Below are positions 17,836 through 27,101 of a DNA stretch of 64,000 nucleotides, piece by piece. The stretch lies in assembly GCA_963717935.1 (NCBI GenBank), contig CAVQXP010000004.1:384001-448000 (forward strand), given 5' to 3'. The DNA comes from Candidatus Eiseniibacteriota bacterium. GTDB taxonomy: Bacteria > Eisenbacteria > RBG-16-71-46. The notes beneath the pieces are model-generated. The model had not been told where the DNA came from. It did no database searches and worked only from the letters and a program-made list of their open reading frames with translations. Position numbers and translations under genes: made by a program. Numbering within the stretch: position 1 is the first letter of the stretch; the number at the start of each line of letters is the position of its first letter.

Positions 17836-18887
17836 TGCCCTATTCACTCACGCTCGCACTGGCCGCCTGCCTCCTGATGCTGGCACTCACGCCCGCGGTG
17901 ATGATGCTGGCGCGACGCGTCGGCGCGCTCGACCACCCGGGACCGCGCCGCATCCACCGCGTGCCGGTGCCCACGATGGGCGGGCTCGCCTTCGTCGTGG
18001 TGGTGCTGGGCGTGGCGTGGCTGGCTCGCGCGCTGCCCGGGCCGGCGCGCATGCTGGAGATGCGGCCGCTGCTCGGGCTCACGCTGGCCGCGATCCCGCT
18101 GCTCGCGCTCGGCCTCGTGGACGATCTGCGCGGCGCCGGGCCCTGGACCAAGCTCGCGGTCCAGGCCTGCTCGGCGATGGTGCTCGTGCACTTCGGCTAC
18201 GGCGTGCCGCTGCTCACGAACCCGTTCGGCGCGCCCCTCGACCTGGGGATCCTGAGCGGGCCGCTGGCCGTCGTCTGGGTGCTGCTGGTGGTGAATGCCA
18301 TCAACCTGATCGACGGGCTCGACGGCCTCGCCTCCGGCGTGGTGCTCATCGCCGCGGCCACGCTCTGGTGGGTGGGCCGCACGCACTCGGACCTGTACGT
18401 GATGTTCATCGCCTCGCTGCTGATCGGCGCCACGCTGGGCTTCCTGCGCTGGAACTTCCCGCCGGCTCGCGTCTTCATGGGCGACACCGGCAGCCACTTC
18501 CTCGGGCTCGCGTTGGCCGCCGTCGCGCTGCTCGAGAACCGCAAGGAGACCGCGGCGGTGACCCTGCTCTTCCCGCTGGTCGCCCTGGGCGTGCCCGTCG
18601 CCGACAGCCTGCTCGCCTTCGTGCGGCGGTTGGGCAGCGGCCGGCACGTGTTCCACGCCGATCGCGAGCACATCCACCACCGCCTGCTCAGCCTCGGGCT
18701 CTCGCCACGCAGCGCATTGCTCGTGCTGTGGGGACTGTGCGCCGTCTTCGGCGTGACGGCCGTGGTGCTCGCCGCGCAGCCGCGCAGCCTGGCACTGCTG
18801 GTGGTGCTGCTGCTGGCGCTGGTCTTGTTCGTCGTCTTCGAGATCCTCACGGCCATCGGCCGCAAGGGACGCGACCCCGAACGCTGA
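17835..18887 (+). CDS. wecA: MraY/WecA family polyprenyl-phosphate HexNAc-1-P transferase
   Basis: RRIH…PTMGG, GLVDD, NAINLIDGLDGLA, FMGDTGS, HIHHRL. Confidence 0.88.
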   Translation: MPYSLTLALAACLLMLALTPAVMMLARRVGALDHPGPRRIHRVPVPTMGGLAFVVVVLGVAWLARALPGPARMLEMRPLLGLTLAAIPLLALGLVDDLRGAGPWTKLAVQACSAMVLVHFGYGVPLLTNPFGAPLDLGILSGPLAVVWVLLVVNAINLIDGLDGLASGVVLIAAATLWWVGRTHSDLYVMFIASLLIGATLGFLRWNFPPARVFMGDTGSHFLGLALAAVALLENRKETAAVTLLFPLVALGVPVADSLLAFVRRLGSGRHVFHADREHIHHRLLSLGLSPRSALLVLWGLCAVFGVTAVVLAAQPRSLALLVVLLLALVLFVVFEILTAIGRKGRDPER

Positions 18888-19183
18888 ATCGCCCCGCACG
18901 CGGCGAAGGCCGCCCGAACCGGACCCCGAGGGCGCGGGACCCCGGGGACACCACCCTCCAGACCCCACCACCCGGTCCCGGCCCTGGCTCGACTTCCGAT
19001 TTGCACGGTCCGTGCCACCGGCGGACCGCACGCCCGGCGCGCGCGGGGCGCTGCCGGCGCGTCGGGCCACCGTCCATCCGCGTCGGCTCGCCGACGCTTC
19101 CCGGCCCGAGCCTGCCCGCGGAATCGGCGTGCGGCCGACCGATGCGAACGAGCGAGCGCCCCGGTGACGGGGAGGGAGGGAAA

Positions 19184-19223
19184 CGACGAAGGCGCGGGAG
19201 GTCGTTCTCCCGCGCCCTCGTCG
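19184..19223 (-). terminator. intrinsic terminator after beta-barrel pair
   Basis: CGACGAAGGCGCGGGAG / CTCCCGCGCCCTCGTCG stem followed by TTT on minus strand. Confidence 0.65.
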
Positions 19224-19242
19224 ATTCCGGTCCCCGGGGCCG

Positions 19243-19932
19243 TCAGTACGTGATCGAGTAGTCCAGCTTCACGCTCCAGAGCGTCCGCGACTTCGATTCG
19301 GTCTCGGCGAACAGCAGCGGCATGTCCGGGCTGGATGGGCCCTTCAGATCGAGGAGCAGGTCGTCGAGCTTGGACCGGTCACCGTCCGGACCCGGGAAGG
19401 CGGGATTCGCGTCCGGCTTGTCCACCGTGGCCATGCGCACATCCAGGCCGAGCAACCCCTGCTTGTGGACCGGGACGTGCATCCCGCAGGCCAGGTAGCG
19501 ACCCGGGGTGAAGTTGCTCTCGTCGGCTCCGGTCCGGTAGCGCTTGTGGTAGAAGGCGCCCGCACCGATGCCCGCGTAGGGGTAGACCGCCGCGCCCCAG
19601 CGCGAGTACCGCATCACCTCGAGCGTGAGGGGAATTTCGATCTCCGACGCGGCGCCGAAACGGCCCAGCAGGTCGTAATGGGCGAATGCGCCGACGGACC
19701 ACCTGTCGAGCACGAACCGCCGATAGCCGAACCCGCCTCCGCCCAGCCCGCTGGTCGCTGCATCGCCGGCGGCCTTGGCGTAGCCGGCGCGCACCGACAT
19801 CCACTGGCTGCCCTGCTTCAGAATGTCCCCGGCGGCATCCGAGGAGTCGGCCGCGAACACCGGCACGGCCGCGGCGCCGGCCAGCACCACCGCCATCAGG
19901 GCGGCCGCACACGTCATCCGATACCCGTTCAA
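19243..19932 (-). CDS. outer-membrane beta-barrel protein
   Basis: AAGGAG RBS + TTG start, signal peptide, YPYAGIGAG strand, C-terminal beta-signal WSVKLDYSITY. Confidence 0.75.
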   Translation of the reverse strand: MNGYRMTCAAALMAVVLAGAAAVPVFAADSSDAAGDILKQGSQWMSVRAGYAKAAGDAATSGLGGGGFGYRRFVLDRWSVGAFAHYDLLGRFGAASEIEIPLTLEVMRYSRWGAAVYPYAGIGAGAFYHKRYRTGADESNFTPGRYLACGMHVPVHKQGLLGLDVRMATVDKPDANPAFPGPDGDRSKLDDLLLDLKGPSSPDMPLLFAETESKSRTLWSVKLDYSITY

Positions 19933-19942
19933 TGGTCGCTCC

Positions 19943-20575
19943 TTAGTTTCCGGTGGGCCCGAACCCGATGGTGACCCCGGTCGTCCACAGGCTCACCTCG
20001 GTGTCCCTGGCGTAGATGCGGTGGTAGAGAGCCTCGAATCCGAGAGAGGTTCCGCCCACGACGCGGCAGCGCAGTCCCACCCCGGCGTTGACGCCGGCCT
20101 TGCTCGCCTGCTCGACGCCGCCCAGCGTCGTGCCGGCCGAGGCGGTCGAGACGTCCTGACTGTAGCGGATGGAGTAGGTCCCCGCGCCCGCGCGCAGGTA
20201 CGGCGCGAAGCGGCCGCGCTCGAACACGAACGCCTTGGCGTACAGACCGAGTTCGGTGATCGACCAGCGCTCCGCCAGCGTGATGGTCACGATTCGCTCG
20301 GTGCTGGGCTCGAAGATGTCGATCTCGTCCCCGTCGTGCACACCGAGGTTGTTGAAGTAGGTGTAATCCACCCCCGCCGCGAGCCACCGGGTCACCCGGT
20401 AGCCGGCGCTCATTCCCGCCATCATGCCGGACTGGGCGATATCGCTGAACGCGCCGGTCGGCGCCTGGCTTCCCAGCGTCACTGTCACCATGCTCTCGGC
20501 GGCCGCCATGACCGCCTGCGGGGCCATGCACGGCAACAGCAGTGCACTGGCCACCATCATCCACCTCTTCGACAT
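19943..20575 (-). CDS. outer-membrane beta-barrel protein (8-stranded OMP type)
   Basis: GAGGAGG RBS, signal peptide, APYLRAGAG, GVNAGVGLR, GVTIGF. Confidence 0.8.
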   Translation of the reverse strand: MSKRWMMVASALLLPCMAPQAVMAAAESMVTVTLGSQAPTGAFSDIAQSGMMAGMSAGYRVTRWLAAGVDYTYFNNLGVHDGDEIDIFEPSTERIVTITLAERWSITELGLYAKAFVFERGRFAPYLRAGAGTYSIRYSQDVSTASAGTTLGGVEQASKAGVNAGVGLRCRVVGGTSLGFEALYHRIYARDTEVSLWTTGVTIGFGPTGN

Positions 20576-20732
20576 CGGACGGCCTCCTCTCATGGCTTTC
20601 CGCGTGCGAATACGTCTGTAACCGGCCCGGTCGGGGCACCCGCAACCGCGGTTTCCAGAGCCGGGCGACGTCGGGTCGAAGCTCCGCCCTACGCCCGCCG
20701 GAAGGCCCGCCTGTGCTGGCGTCAAGACGGGG

Positions 20733-20762
20733 AAGGTACGGTCGGCAGGGATGCCGAGTCAA
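20733..20762 (-). promoter_or_regulatory. sigma70-like promoter of beta-barrel pair
   Basis: TTGACT-N18-TACCTT on minus strand, giving about 150-nt leader. Confidence 0.45.
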
Positions 20763-20867
20763 TGCGACCTCCGGCGACCAGACGCGCAGCCCCGCCGGCA
20801 TGCGCGCAACCGCCGCCCCGACGAAAGGGACTTCCCCTGCCGCCCCGCCTTCGCTAGTTTGCACCTC

Positions 20868-21413
20868 ATGTGCGCATGCCGTGGACCGCATCCCCCCGCC
20901 CGTGACCCGTGGTGGCGGGTTTTCGCCCTGCTCCTGAGCGTGATCCTCCTGGTCGGGCCGGTGGGTTGCGGCCGCCGGCAGACGCGCGACTCCGCGCTCA
21001 GCTTCGAGGACCTCTCCGACACCGCCGGGATCGCGCGTGGCGCGCCGATCCTCACCTCGTTCGAGCCGTACCGCATCACCGGCCAGGCGCTGCGCGTGCG
21101 CGGCACCGCGAGCCTGCCCGACGGCGCGCGCCTGCAGGTCTCCATCGTGCGCGTGGCGACGGGCGAAACGGTCCTGGTAGCACAGGTGACGGTCGAGGAC
21201 GGGACCTTCGAGACCGCGCCGCTGATGGGCCCGCGCGGCCCGCTGCCGGTGGACCTCTATCGCTTCGATGTGCTCGCGCACTTCAACTCCACCTGGCAGC
21301 CGGAACCGGTGCTGCGGGCCACCCACGACGGCCGCTCGCTCCGGGGTCCGGGCATCACCCGGGGCAGGGGCGGGCAGCCAGCCTTCTTCCTACGCGAGGA
21401 GCGCCGCCTGTGA
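20868..21413 (+). CDS. hypothetical lipoprotein
   Basis: Hydrophobic stretch + PVGC lipobox; GTASLPDGARL; overlaps next start (GTGA). Confidence 0.7.
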   Translation: MCACRGPHPPARDPWWRVFALLLSVILLVGPVGCGRRQTRDSALSFEDLSDTAGIARGAPILTSFEPYRITGQALRVRGTASLPDGARLQVSIVRVATGETVLVAQVTVEDGTFETAPLMGPRGPLPVDLYRFDVLAHFNSTWQPEPVLRATHDGRSLRGPGITRGRGGQPAFFLREERRL

Positions 21414-22696
21414 GCACCCGATCCCAGCGACCGCCCGCGATGCGCTACCGTCCCGCGCGCCGCACCGACGTCGAGACCCTGGCCGAACTCGGGCTGCTCG
21501 CGTACCGGGTCTCGAGTTTCGAGAAGCGCCGCGAGTTCTACACCGACCACCCGCGTTTCTCCCTGCGCGACGTGCGCGTGGGCGAACTGGAGGGGCGGAT
21601 CGTCGCCTCGCTCGTGCTCTACCCGCTGACCGCCTGGGTGCGCGGCCAGCGCGTTCCACTCTCGGGCGTGGGCTCGGTCGCGGTCTCGCCCGAGCACCGC
21701 CGTCGCGGTGTGGGCGAGACGCTCCTGCGCTCGGCGCTGCGCGAGCTGCGCCAGCGCGGCAGCGCCTTCTCCGCCCTGTACGCCTTCCGCGGCTCGTACT
21801 ATCGCAAGCTCGGCTACGGGGTCATCGAGGTCGTGCAGCAGCTCGCCGTCTCGCCCGCGAACCTGCCCGCCTCCGACGAGACGCGCCGCGTGCGCCGCCT
21901 GTTGCTCCCCGACCGCCCCGCTGTCGAGGCACTCTACGAGCGCGTCGCGGCGCAGGGTCACTTCGCGCTGGCGCGCACGCGCGAGTGGTGGGCGCAGCGG
22001 CTGTGGGGCTACCCCGGCGACTGGGTCGTATACGAGGGCCGGCGCCGCGGACAGATCGAGGGCTATCTGCACTACGAGGTGGACACGACGCACGGCCCGT
22101 TCCGCCTCGGCCTCACGCTGACCGAGTTCCTCGCCGCGAGTCCCGAGGCGCATCGCGGGCTGGTGGGCTACCTCGCCTCGCTCGCCGACCAGGTCCAGGA
22201 GATCCACCACGCGGCGCCCGGCGACAATCTCTGGCTCGCCACGCTCGAGACCGCGCAGAACCTGCGTCCCGGCGCCGAGATCGGCGTGCTCCTCGACACC
22301 GGTGGCGTGGCGCACGGCGCGATGCTGCGCGTGACCGACGTGAAGGCGGGACTCGAGTCCCTGCCCGTGGCCCCGCACGCGCGCGGCGAGGTCGTGCTCG
22401 ACGTGGACGATCCGGTCCTGCCGCAGAATTCGCGCGCGTGGCGCGTGGTCGCGCGCGACGGCTGGCTGCACGTGAAACCCGAGGCCGCGGGGGCCGGGCG
22501 CCCGCCGAAGGCAGCTCGCGTGCGCCTGCCGCGCCTGAAGGTGCCGGCCGACGCGCTGGGGCCCCTGCTCGCGGGCACGCTCTCCGCGACGGGTGCGGCG
22601 GCCGCCGGGCTCATCGAGTCGAGCGGCGGGGCCGAGGTCGTCGAGTCCTGGTTCCGCACCAAGCCGGCGTTCCTCTACCCGATGAACGTGTTCTGA
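21410..22696 (+). CDS. Eis-like GNAT acetyltransferase (two GNAT domains + SCP2-like C-terminus)
   Basis: VGSVAVSPEHRRRGVG, SALY…YYRKLGY, MLRVTDV, VDDPVLPQN; alternative ATG at 21440. Confidence 0.88.
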   Translation: MSTRSQRPPAMRYRPARRTDVETLAELGLLAYRVSSFEKRREFYTDHPRFSLRDVRVGELEGRIVASLVLYPLTAWVRGQRVPLSGVGSVAVSPEHRRRGVGETLLRSALRELRQRGSAFSALYAFRGSYYRKLGYGVIEVVQQLAVSPANLPASDETRRVRRLLLPDRPAVEALYERVAAQGHFALARTREWWAQRLWGYPGDWVVYEGRRRGQIEGYLHYEVDTTHGPFRLGLTLTEFLAASPEAHRGLVGYLASLADQVQEIHHAAPGDNLWLATLETAQNLRPGAEIGVLLDTGGVAHGAMLRVTDVKAGLESLPVAPHARGEVVLDVDDPVLPQNSRAWRVVARDGWLHVKPEAAGAGRPPKAARVRLPRLKVPADALGPLLAGTLSATGAAAAGLIESSGGAEVVESWFRTKPAFLYPMNVF

Positions 22697-23007
22697 TGGG
22701 TGACGTCGGGAAGCGCTCGCGGCGCAGGTTCCTCGGGTTGATCGCGGCCGGCTCGGCGGCGGCGGCGGCGGCCCCCGCCTCGGCCCTGGCGCGCGTGGTC
22801 ACACCGAAGAAGAAGCCCGCGAGGCCGGGCCCGGGTCCGCGTGGCGGTGCGGGCGTGACGCCCGCCGTGGCCGAGGAGATCCGCAGGCAGAAGGCGATGG
22901 TGGAGCAGGCACTCCGGGTGGTGCGCGACTACCCGCTGCCGCCGGGGAGCGAGCCCGCGTTCGTCTTCGCGCCGCTCCGTGCGTGGAAGAAGGGCGGCCA
23001 GCCGTGA
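22696..23007 (+). CDS. small Tat-signal protein, probable amidase partner (AtzG/GatC-like tail)
   Basis: SRRRFLGLIAAG…ASALA twin-arginine signal; C-terminal YPLPPGSEPAFVFAP; TGATG and GTGA overlaps. Confidence 0.75.
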   Translation: MGDVGKRSRRRFLGLIAAGSAAAAAAPASALARVVTPKKKPARPGPGPRGGAGVTPAVAEEIRRQKAMVEQALRVVRDYPLPPGSEPAFVFAPLRAWKKGGQP

Positions 23008-24407
23008 TCGACGAGGACCTGCTCTACGCCGGCATCACCGGGCTCTCGACCCGCATCCGCGCGCGGCGGCTCTCGCCGGTCGAACTCACCGAGGCCTACC
23101 TCGAGCGCATCCAGCGCCTCTCCCCCGTCCTGAACGCGTTCGAGACGGTGGCCGGTGACGTCGCGCTCATGCAGGCGCGCCTGGCCGAGAGCGACCTCAA
23201 GCTGGGCCACTGGCACGGACCGCTGCACGGCGTCCCGTGGGGCGCCAAGGACCTCCTGGCGACGGCCGGCCTGCGCACCACCTGGGGCGCGGCGCCGCTC
23301 AAGGAGCAGGTGTTCGACTTCGACGCGACGGTGGTCACGCGCCTGCGCGAAGCGGGCGCGGTGCTGCTCGGCAAGTGCGCGATGGTCGAACTCGCGGGCG
23401 GGCTGGGCTACCGCTTCGCCGACGCCTCGGTGAGCGGCCCCGGCCGCAACCCGTGGGACCCGAAGCGCTGGACCGGCGGCTCGTCCTCGGGCTCGGGTGC
23501 GGCGGTCGCGGCCGGGCTCGCGACCTTCGCGCTCGGCACCGAGACCTGGGGCTCCATCCTCTGCCCCTCGGCGTTCTGCGGGCTCACGGGCCTCAGGCCC
23601 ACCTACGGTCGCGTGAGCCGCGCGGGCGCGATGGCGTGCTCGTGGACCTTCGACAAGGTGGGGCCGCTCGCGCGCTCGGCCGCCGACTGCCGGCACGTGC
23701 TCGGCGCCATCGCCGGGGCCGACCCCGACGACCCCTCGTCGTCGAGCGAGCCGGTGGACCTCAAGCCGCGGCGCCTCGACCTCGCCCGGCTGAAGGCAGC
23801 GCTCGTACCGCTCGATTTCTCGGTGAAGGGCGCCGAGCCCGAGGTGAAGGAGGCCTTCGATGCGGCCGTCGCCCAGTTGCGCGCGGCGGGGCTGCGGCTC
23901 GAAGAGGCGAAACTGCCCGCGCTGCCCGCCAGCGAGGTGGCGGGGATCCTGATCGCGGACGAGGCGCTCTCGGCCTTCGAGAAGCTCTATCAGGACGGGA
24001 GCGTGAAGCGGCTCCGGGATCCCTATGCCGCCTACCAGCCCGGGATCAACGCGGCCGTCACCGGCGCCGACCTGGTCAAGGCCTGGCGCATCCGGCGCGC
24101 GCTGCAGGAGAAGATGGGGGAGTTCTTCGCCGAGTACGACGTCCTCGTGACGCCCAACTTCCTGTCGGTGGCGCCGCGCATCGAGGACGACCTCGCCCGG
24201 GCGCTGCCCTACGCCGACCCGGTGGGCGCGATCGGCAACACCTGCGGGCTGCCCGCGCTCGCGCTGCCCTGCGGCTTCGGCCGGGACCACCTGCCCGTCG
24301 GTTTCCAGGTCATGGGCCCGCCCTTCAGCGAGGGCCTGCTGCTCGACCTGGGCGAGGCCTATCAGAAGCGCACGAGCTGGCACCTGGAGAGGCCGCCGCT
24401 GCAGTGA
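23004..24407 (+). CDS. amidase signature family enzyme (GatA/AtzE-like)
   Basis: LHGVPWGAKD, GGSSSGS, GTETWGSI, GLRPTYGRVSR, GLPA. Confidence 0.92.
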   Translation: MIDEDLLYAGITGLSTRIRARRLSPVELTEAYLERIQRLSPVLNAFETVAGDVALMQARLAESDLKLGHWHGPLHGVPWGAKDLLATAGLRTTWGAAPLKEQVFDFDATVVTRLREAGAVLLGKCAMVELAGGLGYRFADASVSGPGRNPWDPKRWTGGSSSGSGAAVAAGLATFALGTETWGSILCPSAFCGLTGLRPTYGRVSRAGAMACSWTFDKVGPLARSAADCRHVLGAIAGADPDDPSSSSEPVDLKPRRLDLARLKAALVPLDFSVKGAEPEVKEAFDAAVAQLRAAGLRLEEAKLPALPASEVAGILIADEALSAFEKLYQDGSVKRLRDPYAAYQPGINAAVTGADLVKAWRIRRALQEKMGEFFAEYDVLVTPNFLSVAPRIEDDLARALPYADPVGAIGNTCGLPALALPCGFGRDHLPVGFQVMGPPFSEGLLLDLGEAYQKRTSWHLERPPLQ

Positions 24408-24475
24408 GGCGCGGGGCCGGACCGTCGCCGGGCCCGGTGGCGGGAACGAGGAAGCCGCGGTTCCCGGGCGGGCGC

Positions 24476-26368
24476 CTACAGCATCTCCTTCAGCTTGATC
24501 CTGATCCTCTTCGCCTTCCCGGCCCGCACGATGGCGAGCGTGTGCGTGCTGCCCTCGGCGCCTTCATCGAGGATCGCTGCGACCCGTTCGAGGCCGAGTT
24601 CCAGGATCGGCTCGCCGTCGAGTTCCGACACCACGTCCTCCGCCTGCAACCCCGCCCTCGCGGCCGCCGAGCCCGCGAGCACGTACGCCACCTTCACCGT
24701 GTCCGCGTGACGCACGAGCTGGATCCCGGATCGCGTCATCGGATCGCGGCGCGCGTAGAGCTTGCCGGGCTCGAGCCACATCTGCCGCCGCTCGTAGTCG
24801 AGCGTCACCTTGAAGCGCTCGAGGATCCGGTTGCCGACGTTGCCGGCGTAGTCCTCGCTCGTGAACGCGCCCGCCGTGGCCTGCGAGAGCGAGACCACGG
24901 GGTCCGCCCACGAGTAGGGCCCGATCTCGAGCTTCTTCATGCGCACGATGCGCGTCGTGAACGTGCCCCCGAACCCGCCGCCCATCACCTCGATGCCGCG
25001 CCCGGCCCCCGCCATGAGGTCGTGCCGCTTCACGAACGGCGTATGCAAATCCACGGTGGAGCCGCTGCCCACGTCCACGCGGAAGTCGCCCGCGATCCCG
25101 TCGTCGAGCTTCATCGTCACCACCGGCGTGTGCCCGGCCAGCGTCATGGGGATCGCCGCGCCCTGCCCCGCGTACCGGAAGGTCTTCGGGTCGTGGAGCG
25201 TGAGCTGGCGGGCGTCGAAGTCGAGCTCGTTCACGAAGCGGTTGATGAAGTCGAAACCGATCACACCGGCGCAATCCCGCCAGAAGAACGGCGCGAGGAT
25301 CGTGTTCACGCTCAGCACGGCGACGCGGGCATCCTTCACCTCGATGCCATCGCCGTCCGCGGCAACGACCGCGAGCGACGAGAGCGCCGCGAACGAGGCG
25401 CTGCCCGTCGCGCCCGCGCCCTGCCCCTGCTGCAGGCCCTCGGTCCGAAGCCCGATCTTCGCGGCGTAGGCGCTGTCGATGACCGTGATGCTCGCGCCCG
25501 TATCGAAGATGAAGTCCGCCGGCGGGCCGCCGTTCACGGACGCCCGAAGCCACACGTGGCGCGCCTGGTAATCGAAGGGCAGGCGTGCCACGCCCGGCGT
25601 CTTCAGGTAGCGCACGGCTCCCCGGTCCGAGGGCGGCGCGAACATGCCCGCCGGGAGCTCCTCGTTCACCCAGACCGAGTCGAGCGTCACCTTGATCGTG
25701 TTCATGGGCTGGCCCACGACCTCGGTGGTCGAGTGGAAGGACATCATGCGCCGGCCCACGAGGCGGTAGTCGCCGAGACGGGTGACGGTGGTCCGCTGGT
25801 CGTTCTTCGAGATGGACTTCGTGATCAGGCCGGTCTTCAGGTCGAAGTACACACGGCGCGCGCGACCCGCGGGCGGCGTCAGTTCGAGCACGGCGTAGCG
25901 CCCGGCGGAGTCGGACTCCTCGCCCGCGTAGCCCACCGAGCCGCCCCCCTGGTCCGGGAGCAGGTAGCCGTCCGAGTCGAACCAGGCGCCGCCCCGGGCG
26001 TCCTCGAGGTCCTTGCCATCGAGCTTCAGGACCTTGCCGCCCGGGTCCGTGCGCCAGCCGGCCTGGCCGTCGCAGCCCGTGCTCATCTTGAGCGGGCCGA
26101 TCTCGAAGCGGGCCAGGTAGCGGTCGGGACGCACCATCCACGCCTCGATCACACCCTTCATCATGAACGCCTCGATCGTGGAGCGCGTGTGCACGGAGCG
26201 GTCGTCGAGCAACTCCTGCCCGCCCATGGCCTGCAGGTAGCGCTCGAGCACGGGCTGCGCCTCGGGCGCGACGGCGGCGCGCGCCGCCGGGACGGCAAGG
26301 AACAGGGCGGCGAGGACCGCGCACGAGAGCGCAGGATGCGTGAGGCGTCGCAGGGCCACGGGGATCAT
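24476..26368 (-). CDS. secreted aspartyl protease family protein with C-terminal PDZ
   Basis: Signal peptide; FIFDTGAS and VDVGSG retropepsin-like motifs; GSAAARAGLQAEDVV PDZ. Confidence 0.88.
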   Translation of the reverse strand: MIPVALRRLTHPALSCAVLAALFLAVPAARAAVAPEAQPVLERYLQAMGGQELLDDRSVHTRSTIEAFMMKGVIEAWMVRPDRYLARFEIGPLKMSTGCDGQAGWRTDPGGKVLKLDGKDLEDARGGAWFDSDGYLLPDQGGGSVGYAGEESDSAGRYAVLELTPPAGRARRVYFDLKTGLITKSISKNDQRTTVTRLGDYRLVGRRMMSFHSTTEVVGQPMNTIKVTLDSVWVNEELPAGMFAPPSDRGAVRYLKTPGVARLPFDYQARHVWLRASVNGGPPADFIFDTGASITVIDSAYAAKIGLRTEGLQQGQGAGATGSASFAALSSLAVVAADGDGIEVKDARVAVLSVNTILAPFFWRDCAGVIGFDFINRFVNELDFDARQLTLHDPKTFRYAGQGAAIPMTLAGHTPVVTMKLDDGIAGDFRVDVGSGSTVDLHTPFVKRHDLMAGAGRGIEVMGGGFGGTFTTRIVRMKKLEIGPYSWADPVVSLSQATAGAFTSEDYAGNVGNRILERFKVTLDYERRQMWLEPGKLYARRDPMTRSGIQLVRHADTVKVAYVLAGSAAARAGLQAEDVVSELDGEPILELGLERVAAILDEGAEGSTHTLAIVRAGKAKRIRIKLKEML

Positions 26369-26522
26369 GACGTCCTCCTTCCGGGGTTTGCAGAGGATTG
26401 ACGACGCGCAGCATAACGTGCGCTGCGCCGGCGGGCGAGTCGCGCGCGCTTGCGGGCGCACGGCTCCGGTCCCTATGCTCCGGCCCGTCGCCCATCCGCT
26501 CCCCATCTCAAGGAGGAATACG

Positions 26523-27008
26523 ATGCTCAGGAGACTGCTGGTGATCGGCGCCTTTGTCCTGCTCCCCCTGGCCGCGCACGCCGCCTCGCCCGTCGTCACC
26601 GCCTTCGGACCCAGGGCGGGCGCGAGCATCGATCCGGACCAGCTCGTTCTCGGCGGGCAGCTCTCCCTGCGGGAGTTCGCGCCCGACTGGTCGTTCGACC
26701 CGAGCCTCGAGCTCGGCTTCGGCGACAACCTGACCGCCATCGCCTTCAATCTCGATGCTTACTACCACCTGCGACTGGCGGGGTCCGACTGGCGGCCCTA
26801 CCTGGGCGGCGGACTGGGCGTGAACTTCTTCAGCTGGGACGCGCCGCTCGGCGTGCGCGACGCCAGCGACACCGAGATCGGGCTGAACGCGGTGGCCGGC
26901 TTCACCATCCCCGCGGGCCCGGGCGACCACTGGTTCACCGAGCTGCGCTTCGGCATCGGCGACATCCCGACCCTGAAGATCATCGGGGGCTTCAACTTCG
27001 GCAGGTAG
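26523..27008 (+). CDS. small outer-membrane beta-barrel protein
   Basis: AAGGAGG RBS, signal (…AAHA), RPYLGGGLG, C-terminal GGFNF. Confidence 0.8.
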   Translation: MLRRLLVIGAFVLLPLAAHAASPVVTAFGPRAGASIDPDQLVLGGQLSLREFAPDWSFDPSLELGFGDNLTAIAFNLDAYYHLRLAGSDWRPYLGGGLGVNFFSWDAPLGVRDASDTEIGLNAVAGFTIPAGPGDHWFTELRFGIGDIPTLKIIGGFNFGR

Positions 27009-27101
27009 CGGGGCGGGGCGGACGTCCGGGCACCTGCAGATGCGTGCCGGGCCGGCGCGGGGTCTCCCGCGCCGGCCCGGTCCTTCCAGGCCCCGGAGGG
27101 C

